Below are positions 8,632-18,996 of a stretch of 64,000 nucleotides of DNA, piece by piece (within the stretch, counting starts at the first letter, position 1; each line of letters opens with the position of its first letter). Source of the DNA: Candidatus Latescibacterota bacterium (GTDB lineage: Bacteria > Latescibacterota > UBA2968); assembly GCA_038279365.1 (NCBI GenBank), contig JAYODI010000005.1, positions 1 to 64,000 of the forward strand, in the 5' to 3' direction. The notes beneath the pieces are model-generated. The model was not told where the DNA came from. It did no database searches and saw nothing but the letters and a program-made list of their open reading frames with translations. The position numbers and the translations under genes are program-made.

Positions 8632-10815
8632 TTAAAAATGCTCCTGCACATTTACAAAAAATGCACGGCCCGGCAAAGGGTATCCCCACGTATCTGCAAC
8701 CTGTGCATTCCTTAAATTTTTGGCTTCCAACCCCATTTGAACCCCTTTCACAATATCTATCTTCATCCCCACATTGTGAATATGTCGTGATGCCAAAGGC
8801 CTTCGATTGGCCTGATCGAGAAAATTGCCATCTTCAAATGTATAATCATAAAATGCAGTCACCCGATTCACACCACCCGTTAGGCGTGCAAACAACGTAT
8901 GCGCAGGGCGATTGGGCAATGTATTGCCGCGCAAATGGGGCACATCCGATTGATCCAATGCACGCTGATAGGTATAATTGCCCGAAAGACCAAACTGCTT
9001 CCAAATCGTCTTCTGCGCCGTCACCTCAACGCCCCATACCCGTGCCTTGCCAATATTCACCGGGCGCGACGTCGCCTGAGACGTATGTACAAACTGAATG
9101 AGATCGTCATAGCGATGATCAAAAAAAACACCTTCCAAAGTTGTTTTATCCGTTGCATATCGCACCCCAGCATCCCATGTCAAACCCCGCTCTGGCCGCA
9201 AATTCACATTGCCCACAACACCCCCACGATCACCAAACAACTCATAAAAAGAAGGTGAACGAAGTGTGCGTCCCAAATTGGCCTTCACCATCCATGCATC
9301 TGTCACATCCACACGCATCCCCGAACGCACACCAAACAAATTGCGCGTATTGGCCGAATCGGGTGCCAGCGGCGAAAACGAAAAAGGATTGGCCCCCGTA
9401 AACGAACTGCGCTGATGCCGCGCATCCACACCCACCGAAAGCACACCCAACTTTTCAGGCAACGACCAATCCACACCCGCCCGCCCTGAAAATGTCCATC
9501 GCTTGCTATCAAACAAACTTGTCGTCGATTGCAAACGCGCCGTGGGCACATATGCCTCTCGCAAAACACCCACCGTTGTCGTCACTGCATTTTGCGAAAG
9601 CAATTGCAAACGCCCCTGCCACCCCATCGTGCGCGTTTGATAATTATTGTCTTGCCGCCCAACACCCACCTCCCCATTTGCATCTACAAACGACTCGCCC
9701 ATATGCGTAAAATAAACCGAGTGTCGCATCAACACCCCCGGCAACAACACCCCATCTTCAAACACCACTTCCGTCAAAGATCGAAACACATCAAAATGCG
9801 CAAACTGTGACTGATTGTTGCTAATGCCCGGAATTCCCTGTGCCTTCCAAAACACCGACTCCTGCACGGTCAAACTGCGCCCACGCCCCAAAACAGCATG
9901 CCATTTCCCCAACAAACTGGCCGAACGATGCCCATTGTTTTGCCGCTTGGCAAACACATCATCATTCACATTGTATTCTGTACCATTGTCATCCAAAAAC
10001 ACAAAATCATTGTCACTGGCCTGATAATCGGACACCACCAAAAACTTCGACCGATCCGATCCTCCCGTCACCATCCCATTCAAAGACCGTGTATCAAAAG
10101 CGCCCCACGCCCCACGCACACTGTGAGAAAAACTGCGCGCACCCGTTCGCGTTCGAATATGCACCGTCCCCCCCAAACCATTACCCGCCGCCCCAGCCCC
10201 CCGATACACCTCTATTTGCCCCACATGTGCCAATGACAAACTGCTCAAATCCACCCCACCACCCATCGCAGAGTTGAGCAAAACACCATCCAAATAAACC
10301 TCCACCTGCTCGGCAGAAGACCCTCGCAATGAAAGCGTACTAAATGCACCCAACCCACCCAACCGTTTCACCTGCACCCCCGTAGCTTCAGCCAACACAT
10401 CGGGCAAAGACGTCTCACGCCCCTCAAAACTCGCACGCGTAATCACCGTCACAAACGACGGATTCTGATGCACATCATTGGCTCCCACTGGCTCTGCATC
10501 TACAAACAACTCTTCAAGTGCAATCATCCGCGCCACCAATTGAACCTGAACCCGATTCCCATCAACCCGCACCTCCCACTCGCCCCCCTCATACCCCACA
10601 TGCGAAACCCGCAAATACTGAACCCCTTCGGCGACATTAAAAAAACGAAATTCACCCTGTGCATCCGTCTCCGTCACCACCCCTCCCACCAAACGCACCG
10701 TTACCCCTTGCAGTGGTTTTTTTGTTTCGACATCGGTCACAATGCCCACAAGTTCAGCGGCCTGCAAAGGAGCCAAAAACATCAACATACACCAAAGAAC
10801 CTTCATAACAGCCAC
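8632..10815 (-). CDS. btuB: TonB-dependent receptor, BtuB-like
   Basis: Carboxypeptidase-like N-domain, plug SLRGSSAEQVEVYLDG, NLRPE, PLPGR, terminal Phe; riboswitch operon context. Confidence 0.8.
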   Translation of the reverse strand: MAVMKVLWCMLMFLAPLQAAELVGIVTDVETKKPLQGVTVRLVGGVVTETDAQGEFRFFNVAEGVQYLRVSHVGYEGGEWEVRVDGNRVQVQLVARMIALEELFVDAEPVGANDVHQNPSFVTVITRASFEGRETSLPDVLAEATGVQVKRLGGLGAFSTLSLRGSSAEQVEVYLDGVLLNSAMGGGVDLSSLSLAHVGQIEVYRGAGAAGNGLGGTVHIRTRTGARSFSHSVRGAWGAFDTRSLNGMVTGGSDRSKFLVVSDYQASDNDFVFLDDNGTEYNVNDDVFAKRQNNGHRSASLLGKWHAVLGRGRSLTVQESVFWKAQGIPGISNNQSQFAHFDVFRSLTEVVFEDGVLLPGVLMRHSVYFTHMGESFVDANGEVGVGRQDNNYQTRTMGWQGRLQLLSQNAVTTTVGVLREAYVPTARLQSTTSLFDSKRWTFSGRAGVDWSLPEKLGVLSVGVDARHQRSSFTGANPFSFSPLAPDSANTRNLFGVRSGMRVDVTDAWMVKANLGRTLRSPSFYELFGDRGGVVGNVNLRPERGLTWDAGVRYATDKTTLEGVFFDHRYDDLIQFVHTSQATSRPVNIGKARVWGVEVTAQKTIWKQFGLSGNYTYQRALDQSDVPHLRGNTLPNRPAHTLFARLTGGVNRVTAFYDYTFEDGNFLDQANRRPLASRHIHNVGMKIDIVKGVQMGLEAKNLRNAQVADTWGYPLPGRAFFVNVQEHF

Positions 10816-10822
10816 ACACCTC

Positions 10823-11959
10823 TTAGCGTTTTAACTTTTTGTAGTATTTCAACTGATAATCTGGTAATTGATCGGGGTGAAAAATCTTGACCAAATCAGC
10901 CAGCAGCATATGGGGTTCGACCAAACCGCGTTCCCAATAATCATTTCCACCTCGAGCACTCATTCGAGCATTGGCATTAAAAACCTGACCCATTTTAAAA
11001 GCGTTAAAAGCCGTATACCGTTCATCGGTGTTTTCCAAATCGGCCAAGGTGTGCCAATCATTACTCATCGCAATCCAAAAATCTGCGCCTTGTGCCTTTT
11101 CAAAAACCACTTCAAAATCCAATGACAAACTTTGATGCGAATCATCTTCGGCCCACAAATATCTTCCCCCCGCATCCGCTATAAGTTGTGCAGCATATGT
11201 TTTGCCACCAGCCATAAACCAAGTGCCACGCCACAAAGTGCCCCCAAAAACCGTGGGGCGTTTGCTAAGTGGCAAATTCTTTACGCGCGCCGAATAGGCA
11301 TTGTATTTTTGCACAATATCGTCAAACAATGCCTCCGCTTGTTTTTCTTTATTAAAAAAGACGGCCATAAATTTGATCCACTCAGTACGCCCCAACAAAG
11401 ACGGTTCCGTATAATCGGCATTGACCACCACGGGTATACCGGCTTGTATCAAAGTGGGATGAGCATTGTAATCGGTTTCAGCAATGGCCGATGTCAAAAC
11501 CAAATCCGTCTCAAGAGACACAATCTTTTCCAAATCAACAGAAGCACCATGCCCCACTTGCGCCAATTGTCCGGCCTCAAATTTTTTATTGATGACAGGT
11601 GAATGAACATATTTGATATCATTAATACCTACCAAATGGTTGATCTCATCCAACAATTCCAAATGAGGCAGGTGCGTAGTTGACGTTGTAATTAACCGTT
11701 TAATGGGAATCTCAATACGTTGTGTTTCATCAAATCCATCAGGCGTTTTTTGGCCCTTGGGCACCAAAACATATGTGAATGCTTTTTCGGCATTAAACCA
11801 AGGTTTCAAAACCGTAACAACCTTATGCGTTGGGTAGTATGCCACCTCAAACCCAGTCGCATATTTCAGAGGCATTTTGGTTTGTGCAACACCTTCAGTA
11901 GCAAACATGCCGATCACAGCACAACACACACACCAGATCCAATGTTTATCAAGGCGCAT
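10823..11959 (-). CDS. Periplasmic substrate-binding protein (BtuF/FepB family)
   Basis: KYATGF, LGRTEWIKF, ADAGG, DYWERG..PH.LLADL. Confidence 0.85.
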   Translation of the reverse strand: MRLDKHWIWCVCCAVIGMFATEGVAQTKMPLKYATGFEVAYYPTHKVVTVLKPWFNAEKAFTYVLVPKGQKTPDGFDETQRIEIPIKRLITTSTTHLPHLELLDEINHLVGINDIKYVHSPVINKKFEAGQLAQVGHGASVDLEKIVSLETDLVLTSAIAETDYNAHPTLIQAGIPVVVNADYTEPSLLGRTEWIKFMAVFFNKEKQAEALFDDIVQKYNAYSARVKNLPLSKRPTVFGGTLWRGTWFMAGGKTYAAQLIADAGGRYLWAEDDSHQSLSLDFEVVFEKAQGADFWIAMSNDWHTLADLENTDERYTAFNAFKMGQVFNANARMSARGGNDYWERGLVEPHMLLADLVKIFHPDQLPDYQLKYYKKLKR

Positions 11960-12992
11960 TTGTATCTCCTCTTTTTATATTTATTGCCTCGTGCTTAAGC
12001 ACTGCAACCACATCAGAAATGGTCTGACACATCGTCATATCCTCACCTGCTCGCACTTGCCACGCAGGCCCCTCAACAGAAACAGACAGCTCAAACAAAT
12101 CCATTGAAACCACATTTTCTTCTACTTGGAAACCAGCACGTTCCAATGCGCGTTTGGTCCAATACACAAAGTGCCCTTCACCACACAATGCAACAACAAC
12201 ACCCTTTTGCGCCTGCATCAGAAAAGAACCTGTATGCGTATCAAACCGAACGCCATCACTTTGAAACGCACGTTCAAAAGCCCCATTCAAAACCAAATCT
12301 TCAGGTGCCCCCACCTGAAGTGGCCCCCCTTCAGGCAACAACCAAATTCGGTCGGCACTGCGCAAAGCCAAATCCAAATCGTGTGTCGAAAGCAAAATCG
12401 CCTTATTTGTCTCATGCGCCAACTTTTGCAACAGCGTCATCATCTCCACGCGCCGTGGCAAATCCAAAAACGCTGTGGGTTCATCCAGCACCATCACCTC
12501 GGGCTGTTGAGCAAGCGCGCGTGCGATCATCACCTTTTGCCGTTCACCATCACTCAAAGCCCCCACATTGCGATGTGTCAACGCCTGTGCATTGGCCGAC
12601 CGAATGGCCCACTCTATCACCGCATCATCTTCTGGCGTCAAACGCCCCGTCCAATCGGTATAAGGGTAACGCCCCAAAGCCACCAAATCGCGCACAGACA
12701 AAATGCCCACCTGCACACGATCGGTCAGCACCACACTTAAAAGCTGCGCCAAGTCTTGTGCCGACAGTGCCGACACATCCTTTCCCACCAACTGCACAGA
12801 CCCCGACAATGGCGTTTGCATGCCCACCAACGTGCGAATCAAAGTCGATTTACCTGCCCCATTGGGCCCCAACAAACACACAAACTCACCTCGACTTAAA
12901 GAAACCGATATCTCACGGGCAACCACATAAGGTGCTTGGCGTTTGGGTGTATAACCGATGGTTAAATTTTTTGTTTTTAAAACGGCATCCAT
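11949..12992 (-). CDS. ABC ATPase (BtuD/FecE)
   Basis: GPNGAGKST, LSDGERQK, LDEPTAFLD, STHD. Confidence 0.9.
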   Translation of the reverse strand: MDAVLKTKNLTIGYTPKRQAPYVVAREISVSLSRGEFVCLLGPNGAGKSTLIRTLVGMQTPLSGSVQLVGKDVSALSAQDLAQLLSVVLTDRVQVGILSVRDLVALGRYPYTDWTGRLTPEDDAVIEWAIRSANAQALTHRNVGALSDGERQKVMIARALAQQPEVMVLDEPTAFLDLPRRVEMMTLLQKLAHETNKAILLSTHDLDLALRSADRIWLLPEGGPLQVGAPEDLVLNGAFERAFQSDGVRFDTHTGSFLMQAQKGVVVALCGEGHFVYWTKRALERAGFQVEENVVSMDLFELSVSVEGPAWQVRAGEDMTMCQTISDVVAVLKHEAINIKRGDTNAP

Positions 12993-12993
12993 C

Positions 12994-13029
12994 AAAAAAA
13001 ATCCCCGACTTCCACATGGAAGTCGGGGA
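12994..13029 (-). terminator. Riboswitch expression platform: terminator hairpin overlapping the RBS
   Basis: ccccgacttcca-tg-tggaagtcgggg, then A and a T8 run, immediately before ATG 12992. Confidence 0.8.
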
Positions 13030-13123
13030 CACAAAGAGCAAGATACGATCAGGTTACACCTACCAGCCCAATAATATCACGCACCCTGGCTTCCCAATCC
13101 ACGAGGAAGAAAAAAGGCATCAA

Positions 13124-13290
13124 ATTTAGGCAGGTCTTCTGGCTTCTGGTCATCAACCCCCCACGCCTTCCCAACCAAACAACAACCAGGTCAGTGACAT
13201 CGTGTGGGCGGCATCCCAGTTACAGCGGCGGGACCGCAACGGATTTGCACCGTTTTCCCTATGCCTCAATATGAGGCAACCTAAATCCTA
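13124..13290 (-). promoter_or_regulatory. Cobalamin riboswitch
   Basis: Minus strand: agggaa..cggtgcaaatccg..gcggtcccgccgctgtaa..gtcactg..gggaaggc..agccagaagacctgcc (B12 box). Confidence 0.95.
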
Positions 13291-13370
13291 CATCTTATTC
13301 ACAATATAAAATTACCCTACGTCAGAAGAATAGACCTTTCAACATATTCTGTCAAGCTTCGATTTATCAA

Positions 13371-13405
13371 ACGCAAAACGCGCGCTCTTAAAAAGAGCGC
13401 GCGTT
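13371..13405 (-). terminator. Terminator after rpmB
   Basis: aacgcgcgctctt/aagagcgcgcgtt stem with T-rich tail. Confidence 0.7.
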
Positions 13406-13433
13406 AATATCAAAAACGAAGGGCTGTCCTAAT

Positions 13434-13676
13434 TTAGCTAACCACTTCATTCAATGAAAGGCCTTCACCTTTTAAAAAGTTCAAAAGACCTTTTTTATTA
13501 ACCGTACGCAAAGCACGTGTGGACAACTTAATACGCACAAACCGACCCAACTCGGGCACATAAATACGCTTGCTTTGCAAATTGGGTTTCTGAACCCGCT
13601 TCACTTTGCGGTTGGAGTGCGAAACATGGTTGCCTGTTAGTGGCTTTTTACCTGTGAGAGCACATTGTCTTGGCAT
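13434..13676 (-). CDS. rpmB: 50S ribosomal protein L28 (Zn-ribbon-less)
   Basis: CALTGKKPLTGNHVSHSNRK..PNLQ; only one Cys. Confidence 0.95.
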   Translation of the reverse strand: MPRQCALTGKKPLTGNHVSHSNRKVKRVQKPNLQSKRIYVPELGRFVRIKLSTRALRTVNKKGLLNFLKGEGLSLNEVVS

Positions 13677-13696
13677 GGGGAACCTCTTTAAAATCA

Positions 13697-13779
13697 GCGA
13701 AATTGCGAATCTGCGAATCCCACCGACCCCAAAAACAAGGTAGGTTTTTATTCGTCTATTCGTCTATTCGTCTATGCGT
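13697..13779. repeat. Inverted 8-mer tandem-repeat element
   Basis: gcgaaatt gcgaatct gcgaatcc ... (tattcgtc)x3 tatgcgt. Confidence 0.6.
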
Positions 13780-13790
13780 TTAAATTGTCT

Positions 13791-13955
13791 TTATCGATCT
13801 TCACGATACGTCACATGCTTGCGCAAAGACGGATCAAATTTCTTCAATTCCAAACGGTCAGGCGTATTTTGGCGATTCTTTTCTGTGTGATAATAATGCG
13901 AGCTTTCTGTGCTCTTCATCTTTACCAAAATGCGGCTACCTTGTCGCTTGGCCAT
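13791..13955 (-). CDS. rpmG: 50S ribosomal protein L33 (Zn-ribbon-less)
   Basis: YHTEKNRQNTPDRLELKKFDP..RKHV; no Cys; GGAGGT RBS. Confidence 0.95.
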   Translation of the reverse strand: MAKRQGSRILVKMKSTESSHYYHTEKNRQNTPDRLELKKFDPSLRKHVTYREDR

Positions 13956-14295
13956 ATGACCACCTCCATAAAATCCGGCAAAAAATTCTAATGACAAAAG
14001 CTAAGATCCAATTGCCCCAAACATCAAAATGAGCCAACATGAAGTGGGGCAAGAAGATACAATATACAGATTTGCCAACCAACGATCAAGAATTTTGTTC
14101 ATCTAATGTCATTTCCCAACCCCAAAAACCAAACCAAGATCATATTTTACAATATTTTAATTAAAAAAATAAACCAGTTGAAAATTGGCGATAAATTGCA
14201 TATCCTTAAATAGAAAGACAAAATCAAAAATACAAAATAGCATATAAGAAATGATAAAACAGCACTTTACAAGAAATCTACCAGAAAGGTATATC

Positions 14296-14646
14296 ATGCC
14301 AGCAGAAACCATATTCAGCAAAATTATTCGACGCGAAATACCAGCAGACATCCTTTACCAAGACGATTTGGTAACTGCATTTCGCGACATCAACCCCCAA
14401 GCGCCCTCGCACATCTTAATCATTCCCAACAAACTCATTCCCACCGCCAATGATGTCACATTAGAAGATGAACCCATTTTGGGCAGGCTGTTTACGGTTG
14501 CTGCCAAAATTGCCAAAGAAGAAGGTATTGCCGATGATGGTTATCGACTCATTATGAATTGCAATACCCACGCAGGACAAGAAGTGTACCATATTCACCT
14601 CCATGTTTTAGGTGGGCGTCCATTGGGACCTATGCTGGTTAGATAA
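14296..14646 (+). CDS. hinT: HIT-family purine nucleoside phosphoramidase
   Basis: [34 protein letters not shown]. Confidence 0.92.
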   Translation: MPAETIFSKIIRREIPADILYQDDLVTAFRDINPQAPSHILIIPNKLIPTANDVTLEDEPILGRLFTVAAKIAKEEGIADDGYRLIMNCNTHAGQEVYHIHLHVLGGRPLGPMLVR

Positions 14647-14660
14647 ACCTATTTTGTATT

Positions 14661-14954
14661 TCAATCAGAAGTATGAGGCGGTTTTTTACGCGGTGGCACA
14701 GGGTCAAAACCACCTACAGATAGAGGATGACAACGCAACAATCGACGCACAGACAACCCCAATGCCATCACAAAAGAATGCACTTGGAACGCCTCTTTTG
14801 CATAAGCAGAACACGTAGGATGATACCGACAAGGGCTGGGCGCAAAAGCAAAAAAACGCATCACAGGTGCCAACACAACCTGATAAACCCAAATCGCTGC
14901 TTGTGCCAATATCCGCAACAGGCGATCTATAAAAGAAATAGGATTGACCATCAT
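14661..14954 (-). CDS. yidD: Membrane protein insertion efficiency factor
   Basis: [24 protein letters not shown]. Confidence 0.9.
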   Translation of the reverse strand: MMVNPISFIDRLLRILAQAAIWVYQVVLAPVMRFFAFAPSPCRYHPTCSAYAKEAFQVHSFVMALGLSVRRLLRCHPLSVGGFDPVPPRKKPPHTSD

Positions 14955-15068
14955 TTTTTTTAGGGTATATTAACCGGAAGTTTTTAAAATCGCGAGTTCA
15001 ATAATATAGTACAAAGCATTGTAACCATACAAGCCTTGTATTTCTCCTCACCGAATGGAGGCCTGGCA

Positions 15069-15914
15069 ATGGGTCTGCCAGATATTCAAAATACAAAAGA
15101 CAAGCGTGGTATTGAAATTGACCAAGTAGGTGTTTCAAATGTTCGATACCCCCTCACCTTACCCACACGCGACAATGGCGAATTTCATACCGTTGCCAAT
15201 CTGTCTATGACCGTGAGCTTGCCTCATTATCAAAAAGGCACGCACATGTCGCGATTTATGATTGCACTCAACGAACAGCACAAACACTTTACGCCAGGCA
15301 GTGTGCACATAGTACTTGAAGAAATGCTGGAATTGCTCGAAGCCGAAGAAGCCTTTTTGAGCATGCAATTTCCCATCTTCTTATCTCGCAAAGCACCCGT
15401 AACAGGCATTGAAGGCATGTTGGATTACAACTGCACATTTAAAGCCATGCACACCAAAGACGGCGTTCATGACAAACTTGTTGGCGTACGTGCCAATGTC
15501 GCCAGTTTGTGCCCATGCAGCAAAGAAATCAGCGAATACGGTGCTCACAACCAACGTTCAGAAGTCACAATGAATGTGCGCCCTGCCGATGAAGAGTTCA
15601 TTTGGTTTGAAGACCTCATCGACATTGCCGAATACAACGCCTCCTGCCAATTATACCCCATACTCAAACGCCCCGATGAAAAACACGTAACTGAGCGAGC
15701 CTACGACAACCCAAAATTTGTTGAAGACATCGTACGCGACGTTGCCTCAGACTTGTTAAACCTCATCAGCGAAGAACGCATCAAATGGTTTTATGCATCG
15801 AGCAACAACTACGAAAGCATTCACAATCACGATGCATTTGCCAAAATCGAGCGCGGTGTACGCGGCCCCTTGCTTACACATCGTCGCGAAGCAGAAAGTG
15901 AAGTGAAACTGTAA
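15069..15914 (+). CDS. folE2: GTP cyclohydrolase IB
   Basis: LPDIQ, KGTHMSRF, SLCPCSKEIS..GAHNQRS, LKRPDEK, NPKFVED, ESIHNHDA. Confidence 0.95.
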   Translation: MGLPDIQNTKDKRGIEIDQVGVSNVRYPLTLPTRDNGEFHTVANLSMTVSLPHYQKGTHMSRFMIALNEQHKHFTPGSVHIVLEEMLELLEAEEAFLSMQFPIFLSRKAPVTGIEGMLDYNCTFKAMHTKDGVHDKLVGVRANVASLCPCSKEISEYGAHNQRSEVTMNVRPADEEFIWFEDLIDIAEYNASCQLYPILKRPDEKHVTERAYDNPKFVEDIVRDVASDLLNLISEERIKWFYASSNNYESIHNHDAFAKIERGVRGPLLTHRREAESEVKL

Positions 15915-15937
15915 TTTTGTAAAAAATCTCAATATAC

Positions 15938-15975
15938 AAAAAGGCCAGTGGATACGTGTTCCACTGGCCTTTTTT
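15938..15975. terminator. Bidirectional terminator
   Basis: aaaaaggccagtgga..tccactggcctttttt between convergent genes. Confidence 0.85.
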
Positions 15976-16001
15976 ATGATCTGTATATCTTTACATGCAC
16001 A

Positions 16002-16421
16002 CTATGCCGCAGTTGCCAATGCAAGCTCGTGAATCCGTTTCACCATAGAAGCAAACCCGTTGGCGCGATTGGGGCTTAAATGCTTGGCCAATTCAATCTT
16101 TTCAAAAAGACTTCGAATATCTGCCGTCAAAATCTCTTTCGCCGTTTTCCCCGAATACAACGCCAACAAAATAGCCACCAATCCTTTTACAATTTGTGCA
16201 TCACTATCGGCACGAAATTCAATTGTAGGTGGATCACCTTGCTTAACTTCAGTAATCAACCACACATTGCTTACGCACCCTTGTACGCGATTTTCATCTG
16301 TCTTAAACACATCATCAAGCGGCTCCAACTTACGCCCCAATTCAATAATGTACCGATAACGCGCTTCCCAATCGTCCAAAATTTCAAAATTCTGCATAAT
16401 CCGATCAATGGTTATATCCAT
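16002..16421 (-). CDS. sufE: Cysteine desulfuration protein SufE
   Basis: WEARYRYIIELG, VQGCVSNVW, DSDAQIVKGL, LSPNRANG. Confidence 0.92.
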   Translation of the reverse strand: MDITIDRIMQNFEILDDWEARYRYIIELGRKLEPLDDVFKTDENRVQGCVSNVWLITEVKQGDPPTIEFRADSDAQIVKGLVAILLALYSGKTAKEILTADIRSLFEKIELAKHLSPNRANGFASMVKRIHELALATAA

Positions 16422-16435
16422 AAAATCCTCACAAT

Positions 16436-16522
16436 AAGGCAAACGGCAAATGTGAAACGGCAAACGCCACCTCATCCACCCAAGTGCAGTTATAGCTTTG
16501 CATTTGCCGTTTGGCGTTTCAC
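16436..16522. repeat. Inverted heptamer (AAACGGC/TTTGCCG) element
   Basis: aaggcaaacggcaaatgtgaaacggcaaacgcc ... tttgcatttgccgtttggcgtttcac. Confidence 0.65.
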
Positions 16523-17490
16523 TTCATCAACCGCGCCACATCCATCGCAAAATATGTCAAAATCAAATCTGCGCCCGCACGTTTCATGCTCAGCAACAAC
16601 TCATCGCGCACCCGCGCTTCATCAACCCACCCCATTTGCGCCGCAGCTTTCACCATAGCAAATTCACCACTCACATTATAAGCCGCCACAGGCACACCAA
16701 ACGTCGATTTTACCCGATAAATAATATCCAAATAAGACAAAGCCGGCTTCACCATGACCAAATCGGCCCCCTCATCCAAATCAAGTGCCACCTCCTGCAA
16801 TGCCTCATCGCCATTGGCCGGATCCATCTGATATGAACGCCGATCACCAAATTGGGGCGCAGATTCTGCCGCCTCACGAAATGGTCCATAAAACCCCGAA
16901 CAATATTTTGCGGCATAAGCCATAATGGGAATGTGATCAAAATCTTCTGTATCCAGTGCTTGCCGAATGGCCCCCACACGCCCATCCATCATATCTGAAG
17001 GTGCCACCATATCGGCCCCAGCACGCGCATGCGACAACGACTCTTTCACCAACAAATCCACCGTTTCATCGTTGCTTACATCTTCGCCCACAATCACACC
17101 ACAATGCCCATGGCTGGTGTATTCACACAAACACACATCTGTAATCACAAATAAATTGGGCACCTGTTTTTTGAGTGCAACAATCGCACGTTGTATAATG
17201 CCATGGTCGTGATAGGCCTCACTGCCAACTTCATCTTTGTGATCTGGAATGCCAAATAAAATTACTGCAGGAATGCCCAAATCTAAAATTTCTTTGCCCG
17301 TTTCAATCAGCACATCAATAGACATTTGATAATTACCCGGCATTGAGGAAATCTCTTTTTTGACACCATCGCCAGGGCAAACAAACAGAGGCATAATCAA
17401 ATCGTCAACTCGCAAATGGTTCTCACGCACCATTCGACGTGTGGTTTCTGTGGCACGCATACGGCGCATACGTGTAATTGGAAAAGACAT
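16519..17490 (-). CDS. hemB: Porphobilinogen synthase (Zn-type)
   Basis: [43 protein letters not shown]. Confidence 0.97.
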   Translation of the reverse strand: MSFPITRMRRMRATETTRRMVRENHLRVDDLIMPLFVCPGDGVKKEISSMPGNYQMSIDVLIETGKEILDLGIPAVILFGIPDHKDEVGSEAYHDHGIIQRAIVALKKQVPNLFVITDVCLCEYTSHGHCGVIVGEDVSNDETVDLLVKESLSHARAGADMVAPSDMMDGRVGAIRQALDTEDFDHIPIMAYAAKYCSGFYGPFREAAESAPQFGDRRSYQMDPANGDEALQEVALDLDEGADLVMVKPALSYLDIIYRVKSTFGVPVAAYNVSGEFAMVKAAAQMGWVDEARVRDELLLSMKRAGADLILTYFAMDVARLMK

Positions 17491-17618
17491 ATATAATAAC
17501 CTAAAAAGTGAATTGTAAATGGCGAGATGAGAACACTGATATACCCAAACAATATACACCATATCCCTATAAAAAATCAATCATTGATTCGCTATTGCCA
17601 CCTCCTTACCAATAGATA

Positions 17619-18947
17619 TCAATATTCTCTTACCAACAGACCACCCACATTTTTTTCATCAGCAAATGCACCATAGGTATGAGGGCGACGTTGCATCCAA
17701 TTCACGCCACGCAAACATCCGCCACTCACGGCTCGAATACCATCTTCCAATTCAATCTGCGCATTCACATAAGGTTTGCTGCCGTCATTCCATACCAACA
17801 CTTCACCGGTGCGATCTATAATACAACTCCCTTTGGCATTGTTTACGGCAATCACCATACACACCTGATTGTCCATAGCGCGTGTTTGCATAATGGCCCG
17901 AAACCGATCAGGGTCCCAACCTTTATCACCCAGAAACTGTGCCCGATGATCACCCATAATGGGCAAAAGCAAAAAGTCTGCACCATTTAACCCAATCATA
18001 CGCGCCGACTCTGCCGCTGAAGAATCCATACAAATATTGCATCCAATACGTCCAATCTCTGTATCAAATACAGGAAAATCATCACCGGGCAAAATACCCG
18101 AATCCATCTCTCCACCCACAGCCAAATGCACTTTGCGATATACTCCTTCTACATCACCCGTGGGACCAAACAAAACCGCGCTGTTATGTACCGCATCGCC
18201 ATCTCTTTCTATCATACCCAACAAAACATGTAGATCATATTCACGTGCAAGCTGTGCAAAGGGTTCGGTCTCTTCACTAATCACCGGCACTGCCAAATCT
18301 ATGGGACTGCCCTTTATACCATATTGCAAACAAATTTCTGGCAACACCACCAAATCAATACTTTCGGCTTGGCATGCTTCTCGACACAACGGCACATAAA
18401 AATCGACATTATCCTGAATCGATTCAAAACGTCTCTTGCGATCACCATGTTTCCCAGTCACCACACAAACAGAAACAGGTTCTATAGGCTCACTGACTTC
18501 ACGCATCGTAATCTCAGGCATTTGCCAATCGGCCGACCCAGTCACCGACCACCTAAATGTATAGCGTAAAATCAGTTGAGTCACATCCTTGGGCGCAACC
18601 AAACACCGAGAAAACCGAACCTGTTCTGTATCCCATTCGGGCAGTAAAAAGTCCCACGCCTTCACCCCTTCTCCTCGACGCCGAGACGCCAGAGGACTCA
18701 ATTCACCCCAAAATGCTTCACACCGCAACACATCGCGCACCCGCTCAACATCTTGATAGGCTGCTTCCACCTCTATTACATAGGCTTGCCCCATTTCCAA
18801 GCCCGAATAGGTCAACTGCCACCCGCCTACACAAGTTCGTGTACCATTAGCAGCAACAGACAATTTATCATGGTGTTGTTCTGTCAAAGGCGCCGCTTTT
18901 GCATGAGGTGCCCAAGGTGTGACCGATTTCAATATCAAGTCTGCCAT
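17619..18947 (-). CDS. Carbon-nitrogen hydrolase with N-terminal extension
   Basis: VLPE, YRKVHL, NICMD give the E-K-C triad. Confidence 0.85.
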   Translation of the reverse strand: MADLILKSVTPWAPHAKAAPLTEQHHDKLSVAANGTRTCVGGWQLTYSGLEMGQAYVIEVEAAYQDVERVRDVLRCEAFWGELSPLASRRRGEGVKAWDFLLPEWDTEQVRFSRCLVAPKDVTQLILRYTFRWSVTGSADWQMPEITMREVSEPIEPVSVCVVTGKHGDRKRRFESIQDNVDFYVPLCREACQAESIDLVVLPEICLQYGIKGSPIDLAVPVISEETEPFAQLAREYDLHVLLGMIERDGDAVHNSAVLFGPTGDVEGVYRKVHLAVGGEMDSGILPGDDFPVFDTEIGRIGCNICMDSSAAESARMIGLNGADFLLLPIMGDHRAQFLGDKGWDPDRFRAIMQTRAMDNQVCMVIAVNNAKGSCIIDRTGEVLVWNDGSKPYVNAQIELEDGIRAVSGGCLRGVNWMQRRPHTYGAFADEKNVGGLLVREY

Positions 18948-18996
18948 TTTATATCTTTCCCAATACCAAATTCGTTTTACGTTCTATGCCATCACC

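Noticed and set aside
14157..14351. 64-aa hydrophobic minus-strand ORF
   Set aside because: Overlaps the hinT start and an AT-rich promoter region; likely spurious
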